A DNA stretch of 64,000 nt from contig OY970061.1 of the NCBI GenBank assembly GCA_963705255.1, forward strand, positions 800,001 to 864,000, written 5' to 3'. Below, one piece after another: positions 10,524-21,998 of this stretch. Both the position numbers and the translations under genes were made by a program. The notes under the pieces were generated by a model. That model did not search any database and was not told the DNA's origin. It saw only the letters and a list, made by a program, of their open reading frames with translations. This stretch comes from an uncultured Methanoregulaceae archaeon (lineage in GTDB: Archaea; Halobacteriota; Methanomicrobia; Methanomicrobiales; Methanospirillaceae). Position 1 is the stretch's first letter; every line of letters begins with the position of its first letter.

Positions 10524-13115
10524 ATGAACTTCAACAATTTCACCATCAAGTCACAGGAAGCCGTGGCGAAAGCAACGGAGATTGCAACGGGAAAACAGAA
10601 CCAGGCCATCGAGACCTCGCATCTCCTGAAGGGGATGCTCATGGTTGACGAGAATGTCATCCCGTACCTCCTGAAGAAACTGAACGTGAACCTTGATGTG
10701 TTCACACCGGCGCTCGACCGGATCATTGATGCGTACCCTAAGGTCAGCGGCGGGGAGAACTTCCTCTCCAATGATGCCACAAAAGCCCTGCAGAAAGCGG
10801 TGGCACTTTCCCAGGAATCCCGGGACGAATTTGTCTCCCTGGAGCACCTCCTCCTGGGAATCCTGTCGGTGAACGACAAAACCTCGCGGCTGCTGAAGGA
10901 GAACGGGGTTACCGAGAAAGACCTGAAGACCGCTATCAGCCAGTTGCGGAAAGGCTCGACGGTGAACAACCAGAACGCGGAAGAGACCTACAATTCCCTG
11001 GAAAAATATGCCCGGAACCTGAACGATCTTGCCCGGAGCGGGAAACTCGATCCGGTCATCGGCCGCGACGAGGAGATCCGCAGGGTGCTGCAGATCCTTT
11101 CACGGAGAACGAAGAACAACCCGATCCTGATCGGTGAACCCGGCGTGGGAAAGACCGCCATTGCCGAAGGGCTCGCCCACCGGATCATCGACGGGGATGT
11201 ACCGGAAAACCTGAAGACCAAGCAGATCCATTCCCTCGATATGGGAGCCCTGATTGCCGGGGCGAAATTCAAGGGGGAATTTGAGGAACGGTTAAAAAGC
11301 GTGATCAAGGAAGTGGTCTCCGCTGAAGGGGAGATCGTCCTGTTCATCGACGAGATCCACACCCTGGTCGGGGCGGGCGCCGGCGAGGGCGCGATGGACG
11401 CTGCCAATATCCTCAAGCCCGCGCTCTCCCGGGGAGAACTGCATGTCATCGGCGCAACGACCCTGAAGGAATACCAGAAATATTTCGAGAAGGACAAGGC
11501 GCTCGAGCGGCGTTTCCAGCCGGTGATGGTCAATGAACCGGATACCTTGGACGCCATCTCGATCCTCCGGGGGATCAAGGAGAAATACGAGACCCATCAC
11601 CATGTACGGATCCGGGACGAGGCCATCATCGCCGCCGTCGAACTTTCCCAGCGCTATATCTCCGATCGTTTCCTTCCCGACAAGGCCATCGACCTGATCG
11701 ACGAGGCGGCCTCGAAACTCCGGCTCGAGATCAACTCGAAACCGGAAGAACTGGAGATCATCGAACGGAAGATCCGCCAGATGGAGATTGAACGCGAGGC
11801 CATCAAACGGGAGAAAGACCAGGGAAAGCTGAAGGGGCTGAACGAGGAGATCGCGAACCTGACCGAGGAACGGAACCGGCTGAATGCAAAGTGGCGGTCG
11901 GAGAAAGATCTTGTCGAGCAGATACAGTCGCGGAAAACTGAGATCGAGAACCTGAAATTCGAGGCCGAAGGTGCCGAACGCAGCGGCGACCTCGGGAAGG
12001 TGGCAGAGATCCGCTATGGCCGTATCCCGGATACCGAGAAGGTCATCGAGGGGCTCAAAGGAAAACTGACCGTGCTCCAGAAGGATTCCCCGATGGTGAA
12101 CGAGGAGGTCGGTGCAGAGGAGATTGCCGAAGTGGTCTCGCGCTGGACCGGCATTCCCGTGAGCAGGATGCTGCAGAGCGAGCGGCAGAAACTGCTGAGC
12201 CTCGAGACCGAACTCCACAAGCGCGTCGTGGGCCAGGATGAAGCCATCGGGGCAGTTGCCGATGCCATCCGCCGGAGCCGTGCCGGGCTGCAGGACACAA
12301 AACGCCCGATCGGCTCTTTCATCTTCCTCGGGACGACCGGTGTAGGAAAGACCGAGCTGGCAAAAGCCTTGGCGGAATTCCTCTTCAACAACGAGAACAG
12401 CATGGTCCGGATCGATATGTCGGAGTACCAGGAACGGCACACCGTCTCGCGGCTTATCGGGGCGCCGCCGGGCTACGTGGGCTACGAGGAGAGCGGGCAG
12501 CTGACCGAAGCGGTCCGGAGAAAGCCCTATTCTGTAGTACTCCTGGACGAGATCGAGAAAGCCCACCCGGATGTGTTCAACATCCTGCTGCAGGTCCTCG
12601 ACGATGGCCGCCTGACCGACAACAAGGGCCGCACGGTGGATTTCAAGAACACCATCATCATCATGACCTCGAACATCGGGTCGCACCTCATCCAGGAGAA
12701 CCTGGAGCATGTCACCGACAAGAACCGGGACGAGATATACGACCGCACCCGCGAGCAGGTCTTCGAACTGCTCAGGAAGACCCTGCGTCCAGAATTCCTC
12801 AACCGGATCGATGAGGTCATCATGTTCAGGCCGCTCACGAAGGATGAGATCCAGACGGTAGTCGAGCTCCAGCTGGGGAACGTCCGGAAGATGCTCGAAA
12901 AGAACGATATCCGGCTTACGGCGACGAAGAAAGCTATCAGGTTCATCGCCGCCCAGGGCTTCGACCCGCAGTTCGGTGCACGTCCGATCAAACGGGTGAT
13001 CCAGAAGAACGTGCTGAATGAGCTGTCAAAGATGATCCTGGAAGGAAACGTGAACAAGGACAAGGAGATCGTGGTGGACGAGAAAGACGGGAAACTGGTG
13101 TTCAGGAATAACTGA
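10524..13115 (+). CDS. clpB: ATP-dependent chaperone ClpB
   Basis: 863 aa, two AAA+ modules ([16 protein letters not shown]), coiled-coil M domain, [11 protein letters not shown]. Confidence 0.97.
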   Translation: MNFNNFTIKSQEAVAKATEIATGKQNQAIETSHLLKGMLMVDENVIPYLLKKLNVNLDVFTPALDRIIDAYPKVSGGENFLSNDATKALQKAVALSQESRDEFVSLEHLLLGILSVNDKTSRLLKENGVTEKDLKTAISQLRKGSTVNNQNAEETYNSLEKYARNLNDLARSGKLDPVIGRDEEIRRVLQILSRRTKNNPILIGEPGVGKTAIAEGLAHRIIDGDVPENLKTKQIHSLDMGALIAGAKFKGEFEERLKSVIKEVVSAEGEIVLFIDEIHTLVGAGAGEGAMDAANILKPALSRGELHVIGATTLKEYQKYFEKDKALERRFQPVMVNEPDTLDAISILRGIKEKYETHHHVRIRDEAIIAAVELSQRYISDRFLPDKAIDLIDEAASKLRLEINSKPEELEIIERKIRQMEIEREAIKREKDQGKLKGLNEEIANLTEERNRLNAKWRSEKDLVEQIQSRKTEIENLKFEAEGAERSGDLGKVAEIRYGRIPDTEKVIEGLKGKLTVLQKDSPMVNEEVGAEEIAEVVSRWTGIPVSRMLQSERQKLLSLETELHKRVVGQDEAIGAVADAIRRSRAGLQDTKRPIGSFIFLGTTGVGKTELAKALAEFLFNNENSMVRIDMSEYQERHTVSRLIGAPPGYVGYEESGQLTEAVRRKPYSVVLLDEIEKAHPDVFNILLQVLDDGRLTDNKGRTVDFKNTIIIMTSNIGSHLIQENLEHVTDKNRDEIYDRTREQVFELLRKTLRPEFLNRIDEVIMFRPLTKDEIQTVVELQLGNVRKMLEKNDIRLTATKKAIRFIAAQGFDPQFGARPIKRVIQKNVLNELSKMILEGNVNKDKEIVVDEKDGKLVFRNN

Positions 13116-13134
13116 TCCGGAATACTCTCGGCAG

Positions 13135-14137
13135 ATGGTTTCCTTGATTCCCCTCCCGCTTATGTCAGGCATTGTTCTCTTCGCCATCGTTACAGGCATT
13201 GGTGCAGTGGCCCTGGTATTCGGCGGTCCACGCGATCCTCCGCCAATGGCGAGCATCAACAACCCGTTCAGAAATGTTGATTTCTCCAACCTGCCGCCAA
13301 TCAGTCACTTCCCCGCCAGAGATGGTGCATCCTTGGCCTTTCGGTACTATCCCGGTAACGACAGCGAAGCACGTGGCAGCATCGTTCTCGTTCATGGATC
13401 CTCCGCGGGCAGCAGCAGCATGCACGGGATGGCCAGTGCCTTTGCCGCTGCAGGTTATCCTGCGTATGCGCTGGATATCCGCGGGCACGGGGAGTCGGGA
13501 ACCCACGGGAAGATCGCGTACATCGGGCAGCTGAGAGGACGATCTGGAAGATTTCCTGCTCTCGGTCAATCCGGTGCATCCCGTCACCCTGGGCGGTTTC
13601 TCTTCGGGAGGCGGATTTGCGCTGCGTTTTGCGGGTAGTGCCAGGCAGAATCTGTTCTCAGGCTACCTTCTGCTCTCTCCGTTCATCAGCCAGGACGCAC
13701 CGACGTACCGCCCTGACGGTGGAGGGTGGGCCCGGGTCGGCATTCCGCGCCTTCTTATGATCTCCCTGCTGAACGTTGCCGGAGTTCGCGCATTCAACGG
13801 ACTGGCGGTGATCAGGTATGCCGTCAGCGAAGAGGCGAAGGCGATCTCTACCCCGGAGTACTGGTACGCTCTGGAGCAGAACTTCCGGCCTGATCACGAC
13901 TACCGGGCCACTATCCGGGCAGTGGAACGACCGCTGCGCCTGGTGGCAGGACAAAAAGACGAGGTATTTTACAGCGACCGTTTCGCGGAGGTGTTCAGAC
14001 TCGAGGGGAAGGACGTTCCGGTCACCCTGGTGCCGGGAACAGGACATATTTCCCTCACGCTGGAACCGGACGCGATTCAGGCTGCAGTAGCCGCGGTTCG
14101 TAGTATGGATGAGCCACGAACCACCAATGAGACCTGA
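13135..14137 (+). CDS. Alpha/beta hydrolase, frameshifted near 13535
   Basis: LVHGS and DIRGHGES in ORF 13135; GFSSGG in ORF 13574. Confidence 0.78.
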
Positions 14138-14224
14138 AGCTGCCTGTTTTCTGGCGATTGCGTATGGGGCAGGCGGGGGGACTCCCGGGTCTCCGGCCGG
14201 GAGACCCAAAAGGACACCCGGTTA

Positions 14225-15205
14225 TCAGAGCCGCAGGAGGCGTTCCGCGTTCCCGTGTGCTATCCTGTTCCTGTCCGCCGTGCTCACCGGGAGCTGATCC
14301 AGGAAGGTGCGTGCTTCCGCCATAGAGCTGTAAGGATAGTCGGCAGAGAACATGATCCGGTCGGCTCCGACCTGGAGATACAGGTTGAGGAATGCCGGGG
14401 TAAAGTTGAAACCGCTGAACGTATAGTAGACATTCTCCTGGAGGTAGTCCGCGACAGGATGATCGAGCTTCGTTACGTTCGTAGACAACCCTTTGTCGAG
14501 TCTGGGCATCATAAAGGGAAGAGCCTCCCCCAGGTGGCCGATCACGATCTGAAGATCCGGATACCGGTCGAAAGCTCCACCGAGGATGAGGCGGAGGACA
14601 TGGACCGCTGTCTCGATATGCCAGCCCCATCCATGCCGGGATAACCCGTTTGTCACCTCTGGCGAGAAACCTGCATAGTACGCCTTGATCACGGGATCCG
14701 GTGGCGGTGTCGGATGGATGCAGAGGGGAACTTTGAGCGCTTCGGCACGCTCCAGGATCGGCCAGAAGGATCTGTCATCCAGGTAGCGGCCCCGGGTGTG
14801 GCCGTTGATCCATCCTCCCTTGAAGCCATGTTCATGAACCATGCGTTCCAGCTCATCGGCAGCGATCCCGGGGGCAGCGGTTGGCAGGGTGGCGAATCCG
14901 GCGAAACGTTCCGGATAACGCCGCACCGCTCCCGCGAGATAATCGTTCGCTTCGCGGGCGAGCGTAACTGACGCGGTTGCATCGAGCTGCTGCACCGAGG
15001 GGTCGGTCAGCGACAATACCTGGACGTCGATACCCGCGGCATCCATCTCCGCGATCCGCTTATCGCCGAGATCGGACAGGTCTTCGGCAAGATTCCCAAA
15101 ACCGGAGCGCCCTGCCACCATCCCGGCCTGTTCCCTGAGCTTTCGTCCGGGACCGTCCAGGAATGCCGGGCTGGCATAGTGCTCTTCAAGAGTGATCGTC
15201 CGCAT
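14225..15205 (-). CDS. Amidohydrolase-2 family protein (decarboxylase-like)
   Basis: ITLEEH, IHP, GHLGE, FSADYPY motifs. Confidence 0.9.
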   Translation of the reverse strand: MRTITLEEHYASPAFLDGPGRKLREQAGMVAGRSGFGNLAEDLSDLGDKRIAEMDAAGIDVQVLSLTDPSVQQLDATASVTLAREANDYLAGAVRRYPERFAGFATLPTAAPGIAADELERMVHEHGFKGGWINGHTRGRYLDDRSFWPILERAEALKVPLCIHPTPPPDPVIKAYYAGFSPEVTNGLSRHGWGWHIETAVHVLRLILGGAFDRYPDLQIVIGHLGEALPFMMPRLDKGLSTNVTKLDHPVADYLQENVYYTFSGFNFTPAFLNLYLQVGADRIMFSADYPYSSMAEARTFLDQLPVSTADRNRIAHGNAERLLRL

Positions 15206-15331
15206 CTTTTCGCGGTTACCCGGTCGGGACAATTTTCCGGCTGCCTTGTTTCCCATAATCATTAATCCCGGTTCCGTTCTTTAATAAATTTTCATGAATC
15301 TTTATGTAGGTAAAAAATGAGAGTGGGGAGC

Positions 15332-16000
15332 ATGAAGATCAATTTTGAAAAAGCCGTTTCGTATATCGATACCTTGTATGAAAACGATGAAGCATGCAAA
15401 AAAAAGTACCTTGGATCCACGGAATTAAAAAAATTCGGGACCGTTGTGGATAGCGACGTTTCACGAATGATGCAGATAGTACTACGTCTGGCCCGGCCGC
15501 AAAAGATCCTGGAAATCGGGACAAGTATCGGTTATTCGACCGTATCCATGGCCGGCATTGCCAGAGAATACGGCGGCAGGATCACCACGATCGAGTATGA
15601 CGAGCAGTCAGCAGAACAGGCGATAAAAAATTTCAGGCATGCGGGCGTTGCTGAATGTATCGAGCTGATAATCGGGGATGCACGGGAAATAATTCCGACG
15701 TTGAACGAGAGCTATGATCTGATATTCCAGGATGTCGGAGATAAAACGCTGTACCCGGTTTTGCTCGATAATCTGGTCGCCCTTCTCAAACCGGGCGGAG
15801 TGTTCCTGGCCGAAGATTCTCTTTTTCCGGCTATGGACGTGACGGTACCGGGATCGGAAGATAGCGATCAGGCAGAAAGGATGAAGAGATCATCTGAATC
15901 ACTTGATGAGTTCAACAGGATGATCGCCCACCATCCATTGTTAAGGAGCACGATACTTCCTGTCGGGGACGGGTTGACGATCGGCGTAAAAACAGGTTGA
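15332..16000 (+). CDS. SAM-dependent O-methyltransferase
   Basis: ILEIGTSIGYST, YDLIFQD, LPVGDGL. Confidence 0.88.
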   Translation: MKINFEKAVSYIDTLYENDEACKKKYLGSTELKKFGTVVDSDVSRMMQIVLRLARPQKILEIGTSIGYSTVSMAGIAREYGGRITTIEYDEQSAEQAIKNFRHAGVAECIELIIGDAREIIPTLNESYDLIFQDVGDKTLYPVLLDNLVALLKPGGVFLAEDSLFPAMDVTVPGSEDSDQAERMKRSSESLDEFNRMIAHHPLLRSTILPVGDGLTIGVKTG

Positions 16001-16270
16001 CAACGCTAGGCGGACCGGATCCCGAGATGGCCGGGGGCCCGCCATGGAGATCGGGGAGTGGAGGGCCCTCAGACTCCGCTCCTGCCGCGTGGGCATCCTC
16101 CGGGCCGGTTACCCAAACCTATATCCAGATGTATCCTGAAAAATTCCGGTGAACCGGAGGAGCCGGCCGGATGCAGACTTATGCCGATGAATCCATGAAC
16201 GGAATATATACCGGACGATCTTCCGGTTGCAGGAGGGCGGGATCAAAAATCATTTCCCGCCGGTGACCTG

Positions 16271-16816
16271 ATGAGCACGACCTGCGCCGGCCAGGAGATC
16301 CGGATATCTGTCGCGGAGCCCGGCGATCTCGAACAGATCCTTGCGCTCCAGAAGATTGCATTCCTGAGCGAAGCGGCTCTGATCGATGACTACTCGATTC
16401 CCCCGCTCCACCAGGATATCGCGGAGATCCGCGATGAGTTCAGGCGCAACCGCTTTCTCAAGGCCGAGACCGGCGGTCGGATTGTCGGCTCAGTCCGGGC
16501 GGGGGTACAGGGCGGGACATGCCTGATACAGAAACTGATCGTCCACCCGGAGTACCAGAACCGTGGGATCGGTTCCCTGCTCCTCGCGGGCATAGAGCAG
16601 AGTTTCCCCGGCGCCGGGAGGTTTGAGTTGTTCACCGGCAAAGAAAGCGCACGGAACCATGCGTTCTACAGCCGCCGGGGGTATCGGGCCTTCAGGGAGA
16701 CGAAAGTCAGCGACAAACTGACCCTGATAGGGTTTGAGAAAGTGAATCGGTACTCCGTAATATGCCCGGCAGGTTCTGATAAGTTCACGGTGGATCTTCA
16801 ATTTTTCATCTCGTAA
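16271..16816 (+). CDS. GNAT N-acetyltransferase
   Basis: VHPEYQNRGIGSLL, FYSRRGY. Confidence 0.88.
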   Translation: MSTTCAGQEIRISVAEPGDLEQILALQKIAFLSEAALIDDYSIPPLHQDIAEIRDEFRRNRFLKAETGGRIVGSVRAGVQGGTCLIQKLIVHPEYQNRGIGSLLLAGIEQSFPGAGRFELFTGKESARNHAFYSRRGYRAFRETKVSDKLTLIGFEKVNRYSVICPAGSDKFTVDLQFFIS

Positions 16817-16893
16817 ATAATGTAAAATCGACCGGTAACGTATCAGAACCCCCAAAAGAAACCAATATATAAAGCGTCGCACACAGCCTGTGT

Positions 16894-18027
16894 ATGTCCA
16901 AGTGCGTCCTGGCTGTTATACTTCTTATGGTGATAATCATCCCCGTCACCGCTGATGTGTCCCCGGCGACCTGGAGCTGGAACACCTACCAAGGGACGGT
17001 CATGTGGCAGGTGACCGTCGTCGAGGACCAGACAGGGTGTCAAGGGCCGGTGTTAACAAACACCTATACGGTCCCCATCCAGTTCCGTGGTAATAGTGCT
17101 GTAATGGGAGATGTCGGGCATGGATCTGCCGGTGGGACATTCACGTCCGGAAATGTATTGCATATACAATCAAGATCCGTCGCCGACCCCCCAGGCGAAT
17201 CGACATTGTCTCCCTATGATGTTTTCTTTACAACGGACTGCTCTGCGTTTACAGCGCAATACAGCTGGGATTACAGCGGTTCGGATGGGTCGTGTAAGGG
17301 GACAACAAAACTGAACGGGGCAAACAACAACGGGTGCCCTGCTGCAGCTGTTACCACGGTTACCACCGCCCCTGCAGTTGCCACAACTCAGGAAGAGTAC
17401 TTTGTATCGCAGGTAAGCGTCCCTCGTTCACAATTCCTCAATATCCTTCCGCTCTTTGACCAAAGAGACCAACTAGGAAATAAAATCGGCTCTTTCCAGT
17501 TCAAAAGCGACCTGAATCACCAGAATACCGGGGAATATCTCCCGGAACCCCCGGAGATCACCCAGGCGCGGGCGGATCTAAAACAGATCCAGGACCAGAT
17601 CACTGCAAAGAGTGCTGAAATCGAGAAGGAATATCAGGAAGTGCTGGTAAAAGATCCAACGAATATCCAGGCAAACTGGGACATGGCGCAGCTGAAGAAG
17701 AGCGAGAATCAGATGGATGCTGCTATTGTATATGCACAGAACGCGTTGAAGAACCCGGATTCCGGTAAATATGAGAGCGCGATTGAGAACAGTATTGCGG
17801 ACGGATACAATCTCCGGGTTTACCCCAGCCCGGACAACAGCAATTTTGTTGCAACGGTAAAGAACCAGCTTCCCGTAGCAGACCAGAACGTCTTTGGCAC
17901 AAATGTCCAGTCACAGCCGGCTGAACGGGGCCTGCTCACCAACTTACGGGATTTCGAGATATATGCAAGCTCAAAGACTGCTTTGCTCTATGATAACCTG
18001 GTGAACCAGGCAACCTACGGGAGGTGA
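16894..18027 (+). CDS. Secreted hypothetical protein with Thr-rich linker and TPR-like C-terminal part
   Basis: Signal peptide, Cys-containing beta-rich domain, VTTVTTAPAVATT linker, DPTNIQANWDMA. Confidence 0.7.
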   Translation: MSKCVLAVILLMVIIIPVTADVSPATWSWNTYQGTVMWQVTVVEDQTGCQGPVLTNTYTVPIQFRGNSAVMGDVGHGSAGGTFTSGNVLHIQSRSVADPPGESTLSPYDVFFTTDCSAFTAQYSWDYSGSDGSCKGTTKLNGANNNGCPAAAVTTVTTAPAVATTQEEYFVSQVSVPRSQFLNILPLFDQRDQLGNKIGSFQFKSDLNHQNTGEYLPEPPEITQARADLKQIQDQITAKSAEIEKEYQEVLVKDPTNIQANWDMAQLKKSENQMDAAIVYAQNALKNPDSGKYESAIENSIADGYNLRVYPSPDNSNFVATVKNQLPVADQNVFGTNVQSQPAERGLLTNLRDFEIYASSKTALLYDNLVNQATYGR

Positions 18028-18034
18028 AACCGTT

Positions 18035-18469
18035 ATGAAAGAAACGAGATCAAAAAAGATGAGATGGGGAATATCCCTTGCACTCTTCGTTATACTCTCA
18101 CTTGCAGCACTTTCTGGCGGTTGCGCTTCGAATAACCCGGCAACTTCACAAAACACCCCCGTGATGCAGCAAAAAGCTGCCTTTGTTGCGGCTGCCAATA
18201 ACTGTACCAACACAAATGCAGTTATTACCGACGAAGTAGGGACATTCCAGTACACCTCATCTGATATCTGCACATTCACCAAGACCCTTGTCCGGTTGAA
18301 TGAGAGCGAGATGCAGGAGATGAAGACGATGCTTGAGGGAAAGAGCATGACCTGCAATTATGCCCAAGGGAGTTTTGATCCCCGGCTGGTCACATCGCTT
18401 GTCGGCGGAATAGAGCACTGCTCCGGCGACTTAAAAGACGATATTACGAACATGATGCTCTTTACTTGA
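18035..18469 (+). CDS. Putative lipoprotein
   Basis: LSGGC lipobox; GGAGGTG upstream; several Cys. Confidence 0.72.
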   Translation: MKETRSKKMRWGISLALFVILSLAALSGGCASNNPATSQNTPVMQQKAAFVAAANNCTNTNAVITDEVGTFQYTSSDICTFTKTLVRLNESEMQEMKTMLEGKSMTCNYAQGSFDPRLVTSLVGGIEHCSGDLKDDITNMMLFT

Positions 18470-18974
18470 ACACTCCTTTTTTGGCTTCTTGTAGAAACTG
18501 CACATGAACGGGCGTTCACACCCGAAGCATGAAAATCGAATTCCCCGTCTTTGTTTTTGCCAGTTTCACCGCACAGCATCCCTACCGTAGCTCTGCCGGG
18601 TTCCTCCTGATCGTAGTATTTGTTGTCCTTGCAGTTGGTATGATAAACGTAATATTCCTGATGGGGAGTCTTGTGCAGCTGGCTGTCGAGGATCTTATTC
18701 TTACCACCATCGGGATCTTCGCTGACGCGTCTTGACTGATGGGCAAAAGCGGGGTACACCACGGGAATCCGGCTGGACACGTTCCCCTTTTTATCCTGCC
18801 CTGTGCAATTGCCCTTCTATCGCTGGGACAGGACATACGGGTGACTGCAGTGCTGAATTGTTATATCGTACGGTTCTGATCTCAGTTTTTTGATCTCACG
18901 ATCGCTGTTAAAAAAGGTAAACCGGAGTCTGATTGAAAACCGGGGCAACCGGACCTTGGCGGAAGATCCGCAAA

Positions 18975-19050
18975 GGGAGACCCCTCTCCATATAACCGGA
19001 AGGGGGAGGGGTGCCCACCCCTTGCTCTGAGGGAGGGGGAGGTACCCCAG
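18975..19050. repeat. G/C-run intergenic repeat (MITE-like family)
   Basis: AACCGGAAGGGGG...CCCACCCC...GGGGGAGGTACCC also at about 27620-27700 and 31700-31771. Confidence 0.6.
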
Positions 19051-19064
19051 CCTTACCGTCCGGT

Positions 19065-19409
19065 CTAGCAGACCTTCGCCTTCATTCCTTCACATTCCAG
19101 GTAATGTAAACCCCATATCCGCATCGCATCAAATATCGGGAAAAGGGCTTTACCATATTCAGTCAGGGAATACTCAACACGGGGAGGTACCTCGGGAAAC
19201 ACAACCCTTGAAATGATCTTCAGGTTCTCAAGTTCCCGGAGATGAGTTGTGATGGTTTTCGAGTTCACATTGTGCATTTTCTTCTGGAGGTCAGAGAACC
19301 GGAGCGTGCGTTTCTTCAGGTTCCAGATAATGAGAATTTTCCACTTGCTTCCCATGACCTCAATAAATAATTCCACAGGACATTTGGATTCTATTTTGGA
19401 TTCAGACAT
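19065..19409 (-). CDS. HxlR-family winged-helix regulator
   Basis: CPVE..IEVMGSKWK, EVPPRVEYSLTEYG. Confidence 0.92.
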   Translation of the reverse strand: MSESKIESKCPVELFIEVMGSKWKILIIWNLKKRTLRFSDLQKKMHNVNSKTITTHLRELENLKIISRVVFPEVPPRVEYSLTEYGKALFPIFDAMRIWGLHYLECEGMKAKVC

Positions 19410-19514
19410 ATTTTCCGCCAATAGTTATTTTTTCGTAACAGTATTACTTTTTTCCCTCTGCATGGTATAAGTAACTAAAAGGTAAAGGAATGTTTGTTAT
19501 TAAGGAGGTTACCA

Positions 19515-20156
19515 ATGGAAAAGCACAGTCCGCAATGCGTAAAATGTACCATTCTCCGGTGCAGTTCCAAAGAAAAGAACAGGAAAGTGCCATTATCCTG
19601 CCCTACTGAAAAGTACCCGGATTTAGTTAAGGAAACGATTGATATATTCATGCTTCCCGAGAACCAGGTCGTGAATAAGGGCTGGCTTGGTTTGATGGGT
19701 AAAGTTATGAACCCGGAAAAACCGAGAGAGAAATTTTCCTGGACACGGGTTGATGAAATTATCGAGTACGCGAAGATACGCGGGATGAAACGGCTCGGCA
19801 TCGCCACGTGTTATGCACTGATGTCTGAATCGGGGTCGTTATCCGACATCCTTGAACGTAATGGGTTCGACGTCGTTTCCGTATCGTGCCTCTGCGGGGA
19901 AGTAAATCCGCAGGACATTGGCATGCCAGGGAATATATTCTGCAACCCGATCATGCAGGCAGAAGTACTCAACCGTGAAAAAACAGAGCTGAATATCATG
20001 ATAGGGCTTTGTCTTGGGCATGACATACTCTTCCTGCGTTATTGTACAGCGGAGACAACGCCCCTCGTGGTCAAGGACCGTGCTCTCGGGCATAATCCTG
20101 TAGCCGCGTTGTACCTTAACCAGGGTTATTTTAAGGACAGGTTTACCAGAACGTGA
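19515..20156 (+). CDS. DUF1847-like Cys-rich metal-binding protein
   Basis: WTRVDEI, GIATC, CNPIMQA, GLCLGHD, VKDRALGHNP. Confidence 0.85.
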   Translation: MEKHSPQCVKCTILRCSSKEKNRKVPLSCPTEKYPDLVKETIDIFMLPENQVVNKGWLGLMGKVMNPEKPREKFSWTRVDEIIEYAKIRGMKRLGIATCYALMSESGSLSDILERNGFDVVSVSCLCGEVNPQDIGMPGNIFCNPIMQAEVLNREKTELNIMIGLCLGHDILFLRYCTAETTPLVVKDRALGHNPVAALYLNQGYFKDRFTRT

Positions 20157-20291
20157 GCGTGAGCCGGTGGAGTATCCGGGAAACGGCGGGGCGGGGGCAC
20201 CTCACCAACGGTGGTGTACCATGACACAGTATCCGTTTCATATTAAAACAACTCTAAATCCTGACGAATTAATACCATAAAGGGAGAGACA

Positions 20292-21017
20292 ATGAAACAA
20301 GTCACCGGGGATAATCGTGAATGGTTTCAGGATTGGGCGAACGAATACGACAATACTCTTGGAAAAGTAAAGAGACACCATAAACTGCTTGACCTGGTTG
20401 TTAAGGTATCGGGAATAAAAAGAAATGACCACATTCTTGATATTGGCTGCGGGACAGGATTACTGTCGCTGAAATTCCTTGATAAAACAGAATGTACAAT
20501 CACGGCAATTGACAGCTCAGCTCAGATGCTCAGGATATTCCAGGAAAAGATTGAAAAGTGCAATCTGACGGAAAAAATTCATTGCGCACAAAAACCGGCA
20601 GAGGATATGGATTTCAGACCGGATCAGTTTGATATCATAGCAGCGACGGTTGCACTGCATCATGTGAAATGCAAAGAACCCATTATCAAAAAAATTTATG
20701 ACTATCTGAAAGATGGCGGGAGATTTGTCATCGGGGAAATCGATTTGGATACAACGGGAGAACTGGATGACCCCAGGCGTTTATCGAGAATTTTACGGTA
20801 TCTTACCAAGGAGTTGCCCCTCGTAATGAAAGAGGGAGGTCTCCCGGCATTTGAGAGGATGTATGACAATGGAAAAAAGCACATCCTGAACGATGGAGAA
20901 TACTGCATTGGATTTGATCAATGGGCAAAACTATGCAGGAATGCCGGATTTAAGAATGTGGAAGTCTTCCCCTTAAAAGAGTTTGAATGGTTCAAAGTCC
21001 TCGTAGCAACAAAATAG
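20292..21017 (+). CDS. Class I SAM-dependent methyltransferase
   Basis: ILDIGCGTG, FDII...ALHHV. Confidence 0.9.
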   Translation: MKQVTGDNREWFQDWANEYDNTLGKVKRHHKLLDLVVKVSGIKRNDHILDIGCGTGLLSLKFLDKTECTITAIDSSAQMLRIFQEKIEKCNLTEKIHCAQKPAEDMDFRPDQFDIIAATVALHHVKCKEPIIKKIYDYLKDGGRFVIGEIDLDTTGELDDPRRLSRILRYLTKELPLVMKEGGLPAFERMYDNGKKHILNDGEYCIGFDQWAKLCRNAGFKNVEVFPLKEFEWFKVLVATK

Positions 21018-21053
21018 AAGGCAATCCCACAATCATGGGGTGGTGCTGAACTC

Positions 21054-21726
21054 ATGATATTTGCAGAAGATATCATCGATCCGGTTATCCGGAACCATCC
21101 CTGTTGTGCAGCCTGGGCCATCCCCATTTCATCGCTGGGTATGCGGGAACGGGAATTTTTTCCCCGGTTCTCACCGGCATCCAGAACAGCGATTGTACTT
21201 GGTTATCATATTGTGATAAAGGATGAATGGACATGGTTCGAAAAGGAAGACGGGCAGCATCACTGCGAAGCAGATGATCGCAGTAAAAAAATCTGCGGGG
21301 AGATCGCAAACGCGCTTGAAGTTCATGGATTCCGGACGGATATGGTTCCGTATCCCGGAGAGAGTGGCATACAATTCCGGTCGGTTGCGCAGGCTGCAGG
21401 AGCGGGTAGGATCGGGATCAATGTCTTTCTGTTACATCCTCTCTGGGGCCCGTGGATCCAGCTGAGCCTCCTCGCGACCGATGCGCCGTCCCGGCAGAAT
21501 CCGGTATGCCACGCACCTGTCTGCACCCGGTGTGGCGAATGCGTTTCGGCGTGCCCGGCGGGAGCAATCCGGGAGGATTCATTTGACGGGCTCCGCTGCC
21601 GCAGCTACCGTACAGAAAAAGGGGAATATATCCCGTTCGGCCCGGAGAAGGAATTCAGGGTACTGTACGACCTGTGCCGATGTCTGTCCTGTCGGCCAGA
21701 AGCCCCGGAGCCAGACAATCCGGTGA
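21054..21726 (+). CDS. QueG-like 4Fe-4S protein, frameshift near 21660
   Basis: AAGAGRIG, LHPLWGPW, CTRCGECVSACP; second cluster YCTTCADVCPVG lies in another frame ending at 21726. Confidence 0.75.
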
Positions 21727-21998
21727 AACTGATTTTTCAGAAAGTCTGCCCAATCCAGCTGGCGGGATGGCCGGGCGATCCCCGAGAGCAGGAGAAATCG
21801 CTAATGAGAGTGGCGGCGTGGCTGTGCCGGGCCGGCCCTGTTAGGGGCACAAGCCGGGCAGTGGAAGGGCCGATGGCAATATAGCAATAGTATTTGCAAT
21901 ATAGAAACATCGGGGCGGGATGTCGGTTTATCCCGGCAATCATGACAAAAATTAACGGGGGGTACGGGTCTCCGGATAATTTCTAAAAATATGAACCC

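Noticed and set aside
18529-18880. Short hydrophobic ORF pieces
   Set aside because: Possibly a decayed membrane gene, but no family or clear start can be supported.
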